A stretch of DNA of 64,000 bases from Tolypothrix carrinoi HA7290-LM1. Its GTDB lineage: Bacteria; Cyanobacteriota; Cyanobacteriia; Cyanobacteriales; Nostocaceae. The stretch is from the NCBI GenBank assembly GCA_019358935.1, contig JAHHIK010000018.1:30591-94590 (forward strand). Reading direction: 5' to 3'. Numbering within the stretch: the first letter of the stretch is position 1; every line of letters begins with the position of its first letter. Of the stretch, positions 41,271 to 52,043 are shown piece by piece. The translations under genes were made by a program, and so were the position numbers. The notes beneath the pieces are model-generated. The model saw only the letters and a list, made by a program, of their open reading frames with translations, searched no databases and was not told the DNA's origin.

Positions 41271-42887
41271 TTGTTTTTGATTCTGCAAGATAAAAGAGTG
41301 GATACAGAAAAGACATTTGCGCTAACAACACCGCTATATTATGTAAACGATTTACCCCACATGGGCAGCGCTTATCCAACGATCGCAGCTGATGTGGTAG
41401 CGCGGTTCCAAAGACTATTAGGAAACCCGGTACTGCTGATTACAGGTACAGATGAGCATGGACTGAAAATTCAGCGGGCAGCAGAAAGTAAAGGGCTTAA
41501 CCCACAAGAATACTGCGATGGAATTGTACCGAGTTTTGTTTCTTTGTGGGAATTGCTAAACATTCAATACGATCGCTTTATTCGGACTACCGATCCGCGT
41601 CATGAAGCGATCGTCAAAGAATTCTTCCAGCGAGTTTGGGATCGAGGTGACATCTACCAGGGACAACAAAAAGGCTGGTATTGCGTTTCCTGTGAAGAAT
41701 TTAAAGAAGAACGGGATTTGTTAGAAAAACACCGCTGTCCCATCCACACCAACAAAGAAGTCGAATGGCGAGATGAGCAAAACTACTTCTTTCGCTTATC
41801 CAAATATCAAAGCCAACTTCAAGAATTATACCAGTCCAGACCAGATTTTATTCAACCAGAAAGCCGTCGAAATGAAGTCCTCAACTTTGTAAATCAGGGT
41901 TTGCAGGACTTTTCTATATCACGGGTAAATCTGGACTGGGGTTTTGCAGTACCAGTTGACCCCAAACAAACCCTTTATGTCTGGTTTGATGCGCTGCTGG
42001 GTTACATAACTGCCTTGAACGCAGCAGACGCAGAACCGACTTTAGAAAATGCCTTAAAAAAATGGATGCCAATCAACTTGCATTTAATCGGTAAGGATAT
42101 CCTCCGCTTTCATGCAGTTTACTGGCCCGCAATGTTAATGTCAGCCAATTTGCCACTACCAGAAAGAGTATTTGGACACGGTTTCTTAACCAAAGATAAT
42201 CAGAAAATGGGGAAAACCCTTGGTAATACTCTCGATCCCGTGGCGTTAGTTAAAACTTATGGTGCTTCTTCAGTTCGTTATTACTTCCTTAAGGAAATCG
42301 AATTTGGCAAAGATGGCGATTTTAATGAAGTTAGATTCATTAATACTCTGAATGCAGATTTGGCAAACGATTTGGGTAATTTGCTAAATCGCACTTTGAA
42401 CATGGTGAAAAAATACTGCGCTGGAAATGTGCCGCAAATTACAAATGAAGAGATTACTGATGAAAATCCGTTGAAAGCGATTGGTTTAGATTTAGGAGAA
42501 AAGGTAAAAAACGCTTATGAAGCGCTAGCTTTTAATCAAGCCTGCGAATCTATCCTAACTCTGGTGCGAGCCAGTAATAAGTTTATCGACGACCAAGCAC
42601 CTTGGACATTGTATAAACAAGGACAAACGCAGGCGCTAGAGCAAGTACTGTATGCAGTTTTAGAATCGGTGAGGCTAGCAGCTTATTTATTGTCCCCAAT
42701 TATTCCGGATATCAGTAGCGATATTTATGAGCAATTGGGCTTCCAAATCAACTTTAATCAGCAAATAGAAAGTTCAACTGCTGCACCTTTTGCGATCCAT
42801 TCAACATGGGGAGTACTCAGCAACGAACAAAAGTTAGGTACACCAAAACCAATTTTTAAACGCATCGAACCGCCAAAAAACGATTAG
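41271..42887 (+). CDS. metG: Methionine--tRNA ligase (start may be GTG 41298)
   Basis: TTPLYYVN..PHMGSAY, GTDEHG, YVWFDAL, IGKDI, KMGKT. Confidence 0.97.
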   Translation: MFLILQDKRVDTEKTFALTTPLYYVNDLPHMGSAYPTIAADVVARFQRLLGNPVLLITGTDEHGLKIQRAAESKGLNPQEYCDGIVPSFVSLWELLNIQYDRFIRTTDPRHEAIVKEFFQRVWDRGDIYQGQQKGWYCVSCEEFKEERDLLEKHRCPIHTNKEVEWRDEQNYFFRLSKYQSQLQELYQSRPDFIQPESRRNEVLNFVNQGLQDFSISRVNLDWGFAVPVDPKQTLYVWFDALLGYITALNAADAEPTLENALKKWMPINLHLIGKDILRFHAVYWPAMLMSANLPLPERVFGHGFLTKDNQKMGKTLGNTLDPVALVKTYGASSVRYYFLKEIEFGKDGDFNEVRFINTLNADLANDLGNLLNRTLNMVKKYCAGNVPQITNEEITDENPLKAIGLDLGEKVKNAYEALAFNQACESILTLVRASNKFIDDQAPWTLYKQGQTQALEQVLYAVLESVRLAAYLLSPIIPDISSDIYEQLGFQINFNQQIESSTAAPFAIHSTWGVLSNEQKLGTPKPIFKRIEPPKND

Positions 42888-43020
42888 CTTTTTTAATTTC
42901 TTTTGTCAACAAAATTAGCGGGGCTTAATTGATAGCCTTGAAAGCTTATTATAAGCAGCTCTGACTTCTGAAGAAAAAAGATAAATTAGTAACAATTATT
43001 ACAAGGATAAGAATTGAGGT

Positions 43021-43659
43021 ATGACAGCAATGTTGAATAACTTGGAAAACGACTCAATATTTACGCCAGAACAAGTTTTGGAAAATCGTGGTCGTGTGGC
43101 TATTTTTATTGATGGTTCAAATCTATTTTACGCAGCGCTGCAACTAGGAATAGAAATAGATTACACTAAGCTTTTGTGCAGATTGACGGGTGGATCTAGA
43201 TTGTTGCGGGCATTTTTCTATACAGGTGTAGACCGGACAAACGAGAAACAACAGGGATTTTTGTTGTGGATGCGTCGCAACGGGTATCGAGTAATTGCTA
43301 AAGATTTGGTGCAGTTACCAGATGGCTCAAAAAAAGCCAACCTCGATGTGGAAATTGCGGTAGATATGATGGCATTGGTAGATTCATATGATACAGCGGT
43401 GTTAGTAAGTGGCGATGGAGATTTGGCTTACGCAGTCAATTCAGTCAGCTATCGTGGGGTGCGCGTAGAAGTGGTGAGTTTGCGCTCAATGACCAGCGAT
43501 AGTTTAATTAACGTAAGCGATCGCTACATCGACTTAGAAGCCATTAAAGAAGACATCCAAAAAACTCCTCGACAAAGCTATCCATATCGTCCCTTATCCG
43601 GTATCGGTTTTTTAGAAGAATCCGGAGAGATTGACGGACATCTAGAAATTCAAGAGTGA
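43021..43659 (+). CDS. NYN domain (LabA/DUF88) protein
   Basis: AIFIDGSNL, KANLDVEIAVDM, LVSGDGDL. Confidence 0.92.
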   Translation: MTAMLNNLENDSIFTPEQVLENRGRVAIFIDGSNLFYAALQLGIEIDYTKLLCRLTGGSRLLRAFFYTGVDRTNEKQQGFLLWMRRNGYRVIAKDLVQLPDGSKKANLDVEIAVDMMALVDSYDTAVLVSGDGDLAYAVNSVSYRGVRVEVVSLRSMTSDSLINVSDRYIDLEAIKEDIQKTPRQSYPYRPLSGIGFLEESGEIDGHLEIQE

Positions 43660-45020
43660 ACCAACAGAAGTATCGACAGGGAGACAAGGAGTTGGAGAGA
43701 TTTGGGGACAGGGAGATAAGGGGACAAGGAGGACAAGGAGGACAAGGAGGACAAGGAGGACAAGAAGGACAAGGGGGAATTTCTCCCTCATCTCCCTCAT
43801 CTCCCTCATCTCCCTTGTCTTCCCCCTCTCCCTTGTCCCCCCTCTCCCTCTCCCACTCCCCCCCTCCCCCCCTCCCCCGCTTCCTCTTACCGATTACCTT
43901 ATTGTTGGTAATGGGGTTAGCTGCTTGTGGGGGTCAAAAGCCCACAGATTCAAAATCAGCAGATTCGGGTTCATCCAAAAACTCGGATAGCAATTTGACC
44001 TTCTTTAATGTGGACTTGGAACAAGCAGATGAGGTAGGACGACCGGTTTGGCGAGTTAGAGCCAACCAAGCAAAATACACTAAAGAAAAACAAATTGGTC
44101 AAGCAGAAAATCCCTATGGTGAACTGTACCAAGATGGTAAAGTTGTTTATCAAGTAAAAGCAGATGTAGCAGACATCGATCAGAATGGTAAGCAGCTGCT
44201 TTTGAAAGGAAAAATCATCGCCACAGATCCTCGCAACGGCATTGTGTTGCAAGGTAATGAATTAGAATGGCGTCCGAAAGAAGATTTATTGATTGTCCGC
44301 AACCAGCTGAACGGAACGCATCAACAATTGCAAGCGGTAGCGCAAGAAGCGCGAGTCAAAACCCGCGAACAACGCATAGACTTTTCTGGAGGGGTGATAG
44401 CAAATTCTCTTGAGCCGCAAGTGCAAATGCGAACCGAGCATTTGATTTGGCAAATTAAACAAGACAAATTAATCGCCGATCGCCCAGTGCAATTCGACCG
44501 CTACAAAGATAATTTAGTAAGCGATCGCGGTAGAGGAGATTCTGCCGAATTTAACTTAAAAACTAAAATTGCTACCCTCAACAAAAATGCCCAAGTAGAA
44601 TTACTAGAGCCGCCAATGCAAATTGCTAGTAACTCCATGACTTGGAATTTGAACGCAGAAACGGTCAACACAAATGCACCCGTGCGCGTCTTCCATCGCG
44701 CCGAAAATGTTCTCGTGACCGCCAATCAAGCGCAAATGAAAATAGCGCAAAAAACAGTTTATTTAACAGGCAATGTTAACGCCATAGGGCAGCGTCGTCA
44801 GGCGATTAAATCTAATACACTAACTTGGTATCTTGAGAATAAATTAATTGAAGCTCAGGGCAATGTAGTTTATCGGCAAGTTGACCCACCATTAACTTTT
44901 AACGGTGACAAAGCCGTTGGGAACTTGCAAACAGAAAACATTGCCGTCAGTGGTGGTAATACTTCTGGTGGTAGGGTAGTTACAGAAATTATTCCTCAAG
45001 ATCCAGGAGTTAAGAATTAG
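43656..45020 (+). CDS. lptC: LPS export periplasmic protein LptC
   Basis: Lipobox LAAC and beta-jellyroll-like repeats; follows the NYN gene; N-terminal repeat insertion. Confidence 0.8.
   Translation: MNQQKYRQGDKELERFGDREIRGQGGQGGQGGQGGQEGQGGISPSSPSSPSSPLSSPSPLSPLSLSHSPPPPLPRFLLPITLLLVMGLAACGGQKPTDSKSADSGSSKNSDSNLTFFNVDLEQADEVGRPVWRVRANQAKYTKEKQIGQAENPYGELYQDGKVVYQVKADVADIDQNGKQLLLKGKIIATDPRNGIVLQGNELEWRPKEDLLIVRNQLNGTHQQLQAVAQEARVKTREQRIDFSGGVIANSLEPQVQMRTEHLIWQIKQDKLIADRPVQFDRYKDNLVSDRGRGDSAEFNLKTKIATLNKNAQVELLEPPMQIASNSMTWNLNAETVNTNAPVRVFHRAENVLVTANQAQMKIAQKTVYLTGNVNAIGQRRQAIKSNTLTWYLENKLIEAQGNVVYRQVDPPLTFNGDKAVGNLQTENIAVSGGNTSGGRVVTEIIPQDPGVKN
43678..43878. repeat. In-frame GGACAAGGA/TCTCCC palindromic repeat at the lptC 5' end
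   Basis: Translates as (GQG)n ... (SPSS)n. Confidence 0.88.
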
Positions 45021-45024
45021 GAAA

Positions 45025-45530
45025 TGGATAGTGGGGCATGGGGCATGGGGGAGGCAGTGCGTTGGACGGGTCTCCCGGCTTGAAGCACCTGCCGTCATGG
45101 GGCATGGGACATGGGGGAGGCAGTGCGTTGGAAAGGCTCTGCCGACAGTCACGCATCTGCCGTCATGGGGCATGGGGCATGGGGCATGGGGCATGGGGCA
45201 TCAGGCATTGGTAATAATTCTTTCCCATGAGTCCCTTTCACGGCAGTTGCTACAACGCGGCGGCAGTCGCTACAACGGGGGGAACCCCAACGCGGCTGTG
45301 CTTCAAGCCGGGAAACCCTTGCGGCAGTCGCTCATGGGGGGAACCCCCAAGACCGCGCTGCCGATGCCTACGCACTGGCTCCGCAACGCGCTGCCTTGGG
45401 AACCCGCGCAACGCACTGCCTCCCCTTTACCCTTTTCCCCTCTTCAAAAAGCCCATTGCCCATTAAACAATTGCCCATTGCCCAATGCCCAATGCCCAAT
45501 GCCCATTGCCCATCAACTAACAAATATCAA
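45025..45530. repeat. STRR arrays with tandem and four-level nested palindromic cassettes
   Basis: Cassettes at 45051, 45117 and nested set 45241-45422. Confidence 0.85.
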
Positions 45531-46853
45531 CTATCCCCCATACACAATTTCATTGCGACTAACTGAACCGAGTTCTGGTACTGTGTTAATAGCTGAGTGG
45601 GGAGTAATGGCAGTGGGAAGGGTTGGTGCTACTTGCAATTTCTGCACAAGATGTTGCAAAAATTGGTCTTGTCCAGCGCGAAAACCGGATACATTGTTAC
45701 CACGGTTAATAATAGCGAACCAAACCAAACCGCGATCGCGTGTGGGAATTACTCCAGCTAAAGAACTGACATCTCGCAGAGTACCAGTTTTAAACACAGT
45801 AGCGGTGGGCATGTGTCTGCCGTGAATTGTTCCACGATGATCGAACCCCGAAATCAGCAACAAGTCAGATAAGGTCAATTGATGGAAGAGTGCTTCTCGT
45901 TGCAACGCCATCAACATAGCACAGACTGCTCTGGGGGAAATGCGATTTTCAGGTCCGAGTCCCGAACCGTTGATTAATTGAATTTCTGACTGCGGTACTC
46001 TAGCAAGTTGGGCAGCTGTTAATTGTACTACCTGCGCTCCTCCTACCGAGTCCGCTAGCATCTGTGCCATCTCGTTATTGCTGAAAACGTTCATTTCCTT
46101 GATGAGTTGCTTCAAAGGCAAAGAACGGTGACGCAACAGCACGGTTTGTTGCGAGTTTAGCTGCGGATCTAATTTCACAGTACCCGCAATTACGACTTGA
46201 GGCTTCGGAGTTCCCTTGGGCATAATTGAGTATACGTAATTAGCAGGGCGCGACCAAGTGGTGTAATTCATTGCTTGCTTGAGCGTTTGACCTGCTACTA
46301 TCGGATTAGGCTGGAAATTCATCATGAAATTCCCAGTAATAACCAAATTTCCCTTTACTTGCTTGATTCCCATTTTGTTGAGAGTATTACCAAGGGCGAT
46401 CGCTTCCTCCCAAACAAACATCGGATCGTTATTACCAGCAATCACTAAATCACCTTGTAAAACTCCATTTTGTATTGGTCCTGTTGTGCTGACCAAAGTC
46501 TCAAATTGGTGGTCTGGTCCCCAAGTTTTCAAAGCAACTAAAGATGTAGCAATTTTTGTTAACGAAGCCGCAGGTAGAGGAGTCGTACCTTGGTGATTAG
46601 CCATCAGCATCGGTCCCGACTGCATCCAAATACCTTGACTTTCTGTCAACTTCGGATCTATAAGCTTTGATGTTACTAGTGTTTTTAAATATTCTTGAAC
46701 TGTAATAGCCCCAGCTGGATTTGGATCGGGGGCGAGAACTAAGCCTGGGCTACTTTGCCAAGCCAATGCATCTAAAGCATTTAAAGGCTTGAGTTGTACC
46801 CCTGCCATTTCTAGCCAAAGCGTAACTAAACCTGAACCCAATAACTCCAGCAT
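45531..46853 (-). CDS. dacB: D-alanyl-D-alanine carboxypeptidase (peptidase S13)
   Basis: PAASLTK (SxxK), FSNN (SxN), NGSGL, KTGTL. Confidence 0.9.
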   Translation of the reverse strand: MLELLGSGLVTLWLEMAGVQLKPLNALDALAWQSSPGLVLAPDPNPAGAITVQEYLKTLVTSKLIDPKLTESQGIWMQSGPMLMANHQGTTPLPAASLTKIATSLVALKTWGPDHQFETLVSTTGPIQNGVLQGDLVIAGNNDPMFVWEEAIALGNTLNKMGIKQVKGNLVITGNFMMNFQPNPIVAGQTLKQAMNYTTWSRPANYVYSIMPKGTPKPQVVIAGTVKLDPQLNSQQTVLLRHRSLPLKQLIKEMNVFSNNEMAQMLADSVGGAQVVQLTAAQLARVPQSEIQLINGSGLGPENRISPRAVCAMLMALQREALFHQLTLSDLLLISGFDHRGTIHGRHMPTATVFKTGTLRDVSSLAGVIPTRDRGLVWFAIINRGNNVSGFRAGQDQFLQHLVQKLQVAPTLPTAITPHSAINTVPELGSVSRNEIVYGG

Positions 46854-47189
46854 TCTTTATTCCCCTGTTAGGACGTGCTAATTTATTTACTGTGCTAATA
46901 TACAAGGCTTTTTTATGCTAATCAGCATTGAGTCATAATAACTGGTATTTTTCATATCTATAGGTAGGATGGATAACATTGTTTTAGTTACTACTTTTAC
47001 ACTCTTAAAATTTCTACCATTTTTTCATGACTTTAAGCACAGAAAAATATAAAGTCGGTTTCTTAAAGTCAATAAATTCGTTAAAAACGTTGCCTTAGCA
47101 ATATAAGTAAAGTCCGCCCAACCGGACTTAAGAAAATACAAGAATAAACCGGATTTGGTATTAAGTAGTTGTCATGAACTGCGTACACT

Positions 47190-47375
47190 AGGGTTGGGCA
47201 ATGGGTAATGGGCAATGGGCAATGGGCAATGGGAATTGGGAATTGGGAATGCGTTTTTTACCATTACCCATGCCCCATGCCCCATGCCCCATGCCCAATG
47301 CCCCATGACGGCAGATGCCTCAACGGAGGGAACCTCCGCACGGCACTGCCTCCCCAATGCCCCATGCCCCAATCC
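47190..47375. repeat. STRR inverted array with nested cassette
   Basis: GGGCAAT / CCCCATG heptamers; cassette at 47308-47351. Confidence 0.85.
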
Positions 47376-48446
47376 CTACTTCCTTTCCGGATGAGCCGCA
47401 TCCTCTGGGGAAGGAGTGCCTATCCTATTAATTGCGGCAATCATTTGATACAAGCGCCCTAAGTCGCGTTGATTGAAGTACAAAATGAGGCGGGGTAGCC
47501 CAACTGCTTCATCTTGCCCTTCTTGGGGTAAAGCGTGACTTTTTTCAATTTGCCCATTAACCAGGATGTCGCTAAAATTAGCATTTAGTTGCTCGACTTC
47601 AGCATCTGATAAATCTGTCTTGAGGCGGATGATTAAGCGATCGCCTACATAGCGGCTGGAGTGATAAACCTGATAAAAACGGGTAATCGCATTGCAAGCT
47701 ACATCTAGGTTGTCTGTGACTGTATAAAGACAAGGGTCTTCGGGACTTACTAAACCTTTTTGTACCAGTTGCTTATCAATATATTCGCTCCAAGAGCGCC
47801 AGTAATCGCCACCAGGGTGATCGATTAAAACTAAAGGTACTGGACCAAACTTACCTGTTTGGCTCAAGGTCATGCACTCAAAAGCTTCGTCTTGAGTGCC
47901 AAAACCACCAGCAAACAAAGCTACAGCATCACTTTCTTTGAGAAGAAACAGCTTGCGGGTGAAGAAATACTTAAAGTTAATCAGCTTTGGATCGCCTTGA
48001 ATAAAAGGGTTTGCCTCTTGCTCAAACGGCAATTGAATGTTTAAGCCAAAGGAATTTTCTCGCCCCGCACCTTCGTGACCTGCTTGCATAATTCCGCCAC
48101 CACCGCCTGTCATCACCATGAATCCCATCCCAGTGACATAGCGAGCAAATTCAACCGCCATGCGGTATTCTGGGCTTTCTGGCGAAATCCGGGCAGAACC
48201 GAAGATGGTTACTTTGCGAACGTGTCGGTAAGCATGAAACAGTTGAAAACCCCGCTCCATGTCTGTTAAAGAGGCAGATAATATCTTCCAGTCAAGACGA
48301 TCGATGTCGCTTTCCCCTAGACGTACTATTGTCGTCAGTGCCTGTTTGATAAATTGCCGATTTTTTAACGTTGGTAAGCGATCGATTAAGAGCGCGATAT
48401 CCGCTTTTAGAGAGTCTAATGTGTCGAATGACGTTTCGGAGGTCAT
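47376..48446 (-). CDS. LOG family (lysine-decarboxylase-like) nucleotide-binding protein
   Basis: VTIFGSAR, TGGGGGIM, FKYFFTRK, GGFGTQDE; start chosen at MTSETS. Confidence 0.9.
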   Translation of the reverse strand: MTSETSFDTLDSLKADIALLIDRLPTLKNRQFIKQALTTIVRLGESDIDRLDWKILSASLTDMERGFQLFHAYRHVRKVTIFGSARISPESPEYRMAVEFARYVTGMGFMVMTGGGGGIMQAGHEGAGRENSFGLNIQLPFEQEANPFIQGDPKLINFKYFFTRKLFLLKESDAVALFAGGFGTQDEAFECMTLSQTGKFGPVPLVLIDHPGGDYWRSWSEYIDKQLVQKGLVSPEDPCLYTVTDNLDVACNAITRFYQVYHSSRYVGDRLIIRLKTDLSDAEVEQLNANFSDILVNGQIEKSHALPQEGQDEAVGLPRLILYFNQRDLGRLYQMIAAINRIGTPSPEDAAHPERK

Positions 48447-48666
48447 GAGAACTGCCGCCAAAATAGCACTATATTTTACCCAGATTTGGTGTGTTGTTAT
48501 CAAATACCGCTTTGCCTACTTTCACGCGAACGCACTGCACGCTAACTTCTGACAAAAGTAGGGCGTCCTAACTCTTGACGCAAGAAAAAACATGCAGTTG
48601 AGCGATCGCCTACAACGTAAGTCCTGAAAATTTTTCTTCCCCCTTTCAACCAGTTCCTATTTCACA

Positions 48667-48704
48667 ATAAAAAGCACCTTTGGTTTCCCATCAACCAAGG
48701 TGCT
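48667..48704 (-). terminator. Rho-independent terminator-like hairpin
   Basis: Minus strand gcaccttggttgatgggaaaccaaaggtgc-ttttt. Confidence 0.6.
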
Positions 48705-49008
48705 GGCGACGACGCTAGTCGTCAACCCGTGCTCATTAAAGCCAAGCATCTGACATGAGCTTGTATTTTGGATAGAAGTAGCTCGTGACTTTACATCTCC
48801 ACTTGAGTTGAAAGTACAACCAAAAGATTTTCGCAGAAATGTTACAGCAATAAAAAATTACTTTACCAAAAGTAATCTTAAGAATGATTACAATTGAAAA
48901 CGATTTTCTAGAGACGCGAATTTTCGCGCCTCAGTAAATCGTAAACAAAAACTTAGCTAATACCAGACCAAATGGACAACTTAATAAGAGTTTTCCAGTG
49001 GTTGAGTT

Positions 49009-49332
49009 TCAAAGATACTTTTCCAAAGTGTTAGCTAATGTAGTTTTCGGTACAGCACCGACGACCATATCAACTTTTTGCCCACCCTTAAAAATCATTA
49101 ACGTGGGAATGCTGCGGATGCCGTATTGACTGGCAACATTCGGATTTTCATCGGTGTTAACTTTAACCACTTTGATTTGACCTTCGTACTGAGAAGCGAT
49201 TTCATCTACAACCGGAGCGACCATCCGGCAGGGACCGCACCACGGTGCCCAAAAGTCAACTAGAACCGGAACTTCGCTATCCAGTACTTCTTGCTTAAAC
49301 GTAGAATCCGAAACTTGTGCGGCTGCTGACAT
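49009..49332 (-). CDS. trxA: Thioredoxin (m-type)
   Basis: [12 protein letters not shown]. Confidence 0.97.
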   Translation of the reverse strand: MSAAAQVSDSTFKQEVLDSEVPVLVDFWAPWCGPCRMVAPVVDEIASQYEGQIKVVKVNTDENPNVASQYGIRSIPTLMIFKGGQKVDMVVGAVPKTTLANTLEKYL

Positions 49333-49523
49333 GCCTAAAAACCTTTGCCTATTATATTTCTGAGCTTCGTGAAAATTCTACCATAGCAAAAACCACCGCT
49401 TCGGATTGTCGGATGTACATTTGCAAAGAAGCTCGCTTATTTTATTAACATTTGGCTAAACAAAAAAGCAATAGACAAGCGTAACAGCTTGTTTTTGCTG
49501 CCAGCTAATAGCTTTATATACAT

Positions 49524-49594
49524 AAGGAACCGCCCGAACAGTAGTCCGGGCGGAGTGTGGTGTGAGGAGTGAACGGAAACATGCGTCTCCGCTT
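49524..49594 (-). ncRNA. yfr1: Yfr1 small RNA
   Basis: Minus strand GCGGAGACGCAUGUUUCCGU-UC-ACUCCUCACAC-CACACU-CCGCCCGGAC...GUUCGGGCGG; conserved ACUCCUCACAC motif; between guaB and trxA; TACAAT -10 at 49600-49605. Confidence 0.95.
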
Positions 49595-49664
49595 TCTCCA
49601 TTGTAGGCGACATATGGAATTTTTCCAGTGATTGTTTAAGAGTCACGGAAAAATTTATTTCAGG

Positions 49665-49952
49665 GTTGTTAGTGGTGAGCCAGTGCGTTGGAAAGGCTCT
49701 GCCGACAGTCACGCAACTGGCGAACCCGAAGGGTTGGTGGTTGGTGGTTGGTGGTTGGTTGTTAGTGGTTGGTTGTTAGTGGTTGGTGGTTAGTGGTTAG
49801 TGGTTGGTGGTTAGTGGTTAGTGGTTAGTGGTTAGTGGTTAGTGGTTAGTGGGAGCGTTGAATTTTCTAATCCCCATTACCCATTCCCCATTACTCATTC
49901 CCCATTCCCCATTCCCCATTCCCCATTCCCCATTCCCCATTCCCCATTCCCC
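49665..49952. repeat. STRR arrays (GGTTAGT, CCCCATT) with nested cassette
   Basis: Visible in sequence. Confidence 0.88.
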
Positions 49953-51116
49953 TTATTTACCCATGCCTAATTGTTGAGCTTTTTGGTAAACTTTACCTTC
50001 AGTTAATAGGGAAGGAGCAATCACAACTTCAACTTGTTGCATTTCTTTAATATTTTTGGCTCCCAAAGTTCCCATACTCGTCTTTAAGGCTCCTAAAAGA
50101 TTATGAGTGCCATCATCTAAAGCTGCTGGTCCGGTGAGAATTTGCTCTAGAGTGCCGGTAGTGCCGACGCTAATACGCGTACCACGGGGCAATACAGGGC
50201 TAGGAGTCGCCATCCCCCAATGATAACGTCGTCCTGGGGCTTCGGCGCATCTAGCAAAGGGGGAGCCAATCATCACGCCATCGGCACCGCAGGCGATGCA
50301 TTTACAGATGTCGCCCCCTGTGATTAAACCGCCATCGGCAATCACGGGGACATAATTACCAGTTTCTTGGTGATAATCGTCTCTAGCGGCTGCACAGTCA
50401 GCGATCGCACTCGCTTGAGGCACACCCACACCCAATACCCCACGAGAGGTACAAGCCGCACCAGGACCAATTCCCACCATCACAGCAGCTGCCCCAGCTT
50501 TCATCAAATTTAAGGTGACTTCGTAAGTCACGCAATTCCCTAATATCACAGGGATAGGCATAGAGCGACAAAATTCTGCCAAATCAAGTGGAACTATAGA
50601 CTCTGGTGACAAGTGTGCCGTCGAAACCACGGTTGCTTGTACAAAGAACAAATCTGCCCCTGCTTGCGCTACCACCGTACCATATTTGCTCGCGGCTGCT
50701 GGAGTAGCACTTACCGCCGCAATACCACCTTGTTGTTTAATTTCCTGAATACGTTGTTCAATTAATTCCTGTTTTATTGGTTCGGCATATAGTTGTTGCA
50801 TTAAAGAAACAAATTCATCTTTGCCAACAGTTGCAATTCGATCTAAAATCGGTTCTGGGTCAGCATAACGAGTTTGGATACCCTCTAAATTGAGAACGCC
50901 CAATGCTCCTAACTGCGACAAACGTACAGCCATGCGGACATCTACCACGCTATCCATCGCACTAGCAATTATCGGGATTTCGCGCTCTATATTGCCAATA
51001 CGCCATTTGGTATCTGCCAAACTCGGATCGAGTGTCCGACCTGAGGGGACTAAAGCAATTTCATCAATTCCGTAAGCTCTGCGAGCTGTCTTACCCCGCC
51101 CAATTTCAATGTCCAC
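49953..51116 (-). CDS. guaB: IMP dehydrogenase family protein (GuaB3 type)
   Basis: [28 protein letters not shown]. Confidence 0.93.
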   Translation of the reverse strand: MDIEIGRGKTARRAYGIDEIALVPSGRTLDPSLADTKWRIGNIEREIPIIASAMDSVVDVRMAVRLSQLGALGVLNLEGIQTRYADPEPILDRIATVGKDEFVSLMQQLYAEPIKQELIEQRIQEIKQQGGIAAVSATPAAASKYGTVVAQAGADLFFVQATVVSTAHLSPESIVPLDLAEFCRSMPIPVILGNCVTYEVTLNLMKAGAAAVMVGIGPGAACTSRGVLGVGVPQASAIADCAAARDDYHQETGNYVPVIADGGLITGGDICKCIACGADGVMIGSPFARCAEAPGRRYHWGMATPSPVLPRGTRISVGTTGTLEQILTGPAALDDGTHNLLGALKTSMGTLGAKNIKEMQQVEVVIAPSLLTEGKVYQKAQQLGMGK

Positions 51117-51515
51117 GCTTTTAACATTCCCAAATCTGTTTAAGCTAGGGTATCAAATTGCGGGGTAACTTGGAGCGTTTTTGGTGAAAGTAACCTGCAA
51201 GCTGTCAAGGATAGCAAGAGGGGAGAAGAGAGCAAAAAATTGTGAATGTGTTTGTATTTTAGATAAAATTCGGTTAATTCAAATGTTTAAATAGTACACC
51301 ACCAATAGACGCACTTTAAATAATTTTTATGCATATATCTATGGTTATAAATAGCCGGAATAAAAACTTGGCTGATTGTTAAGTATTGATTATTTTGGCA
51401 ATCAAATTTAATTATTAGCAATTGTTTTTAGCGAAAATGTATGATTGTTATTACAAGCGATGCCCACAACTTGCATCTCACAAACCCTAACTAATTATTT
51501 CTTGTGCCTTCAGCA

Positions 51516-51625
51516 TATAGCGGTTTTCATTTCAATCACATACATATTCAAGAAATGAATGAATGTAGAGACGCAACCGATCGCGTCTCTACACCGCACA
51601 TTGCACGCAACTGAGAAGCGCTATA
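51516..51625. mobile_element. IS630-type MITE, 110 bp, carrying a REP-like hairpin
   Basis: Ends TATAGCGGTTTTCA / TGAGAAGCGCTATA; internal gtagagacgc...gcgtctctac. Confidence 0.65.
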
Positions 51626-51865
51626 TATTGCTGCCTTTTTCATGGCACAATACACTTAACCTGATTAGAACCCACACCTGAAGAACTTGCATTAAGTAGT
51701 TACGCAAAATTAATTATATATTCTTCTCCAAAATTCTTAAATATATATTCCACAGCTTTTACTAAACTTTCCCAACTCTCATAAGCATCTATTCCCAGCC
51801 AATTATATTTCATAAAACGCCACAAAATTTCGTGGAAATTAATTATGCGTTAACCAGAACCATTA

Positions 51866-51967
51866 TAGAGACGTAGCAGTGCTACGTCTCTACATTCTTT
51901 TTCCATGCCTATGTCTATTAGACATCTCCAGAAAAGACGTAGAGACGTTCCGACGGAACGTCTCTAC
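51866..51967. repeat. Two GTAG-type REP-like hairpins
   Basis: tagagacgtagcagtgctacgtctcta and gtagagacgttccgacggaacgtctctac. Confidence 0.75.
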
Positions 51968-52043
51968 TTTGGGCATTTGGTGTATTTTCGTTACCCCGCA
52001 AGGGTTTGAGGCTTATTTATTCCTCAAAAATGTTTAAGTCACG

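Noticed and set aside
51695..51860. Possible MITE bounded by acgcaaaattaatt / aattaattatgcgt
   Set aside because: Inverted ends are short and AT-rich with no clear target duplication.
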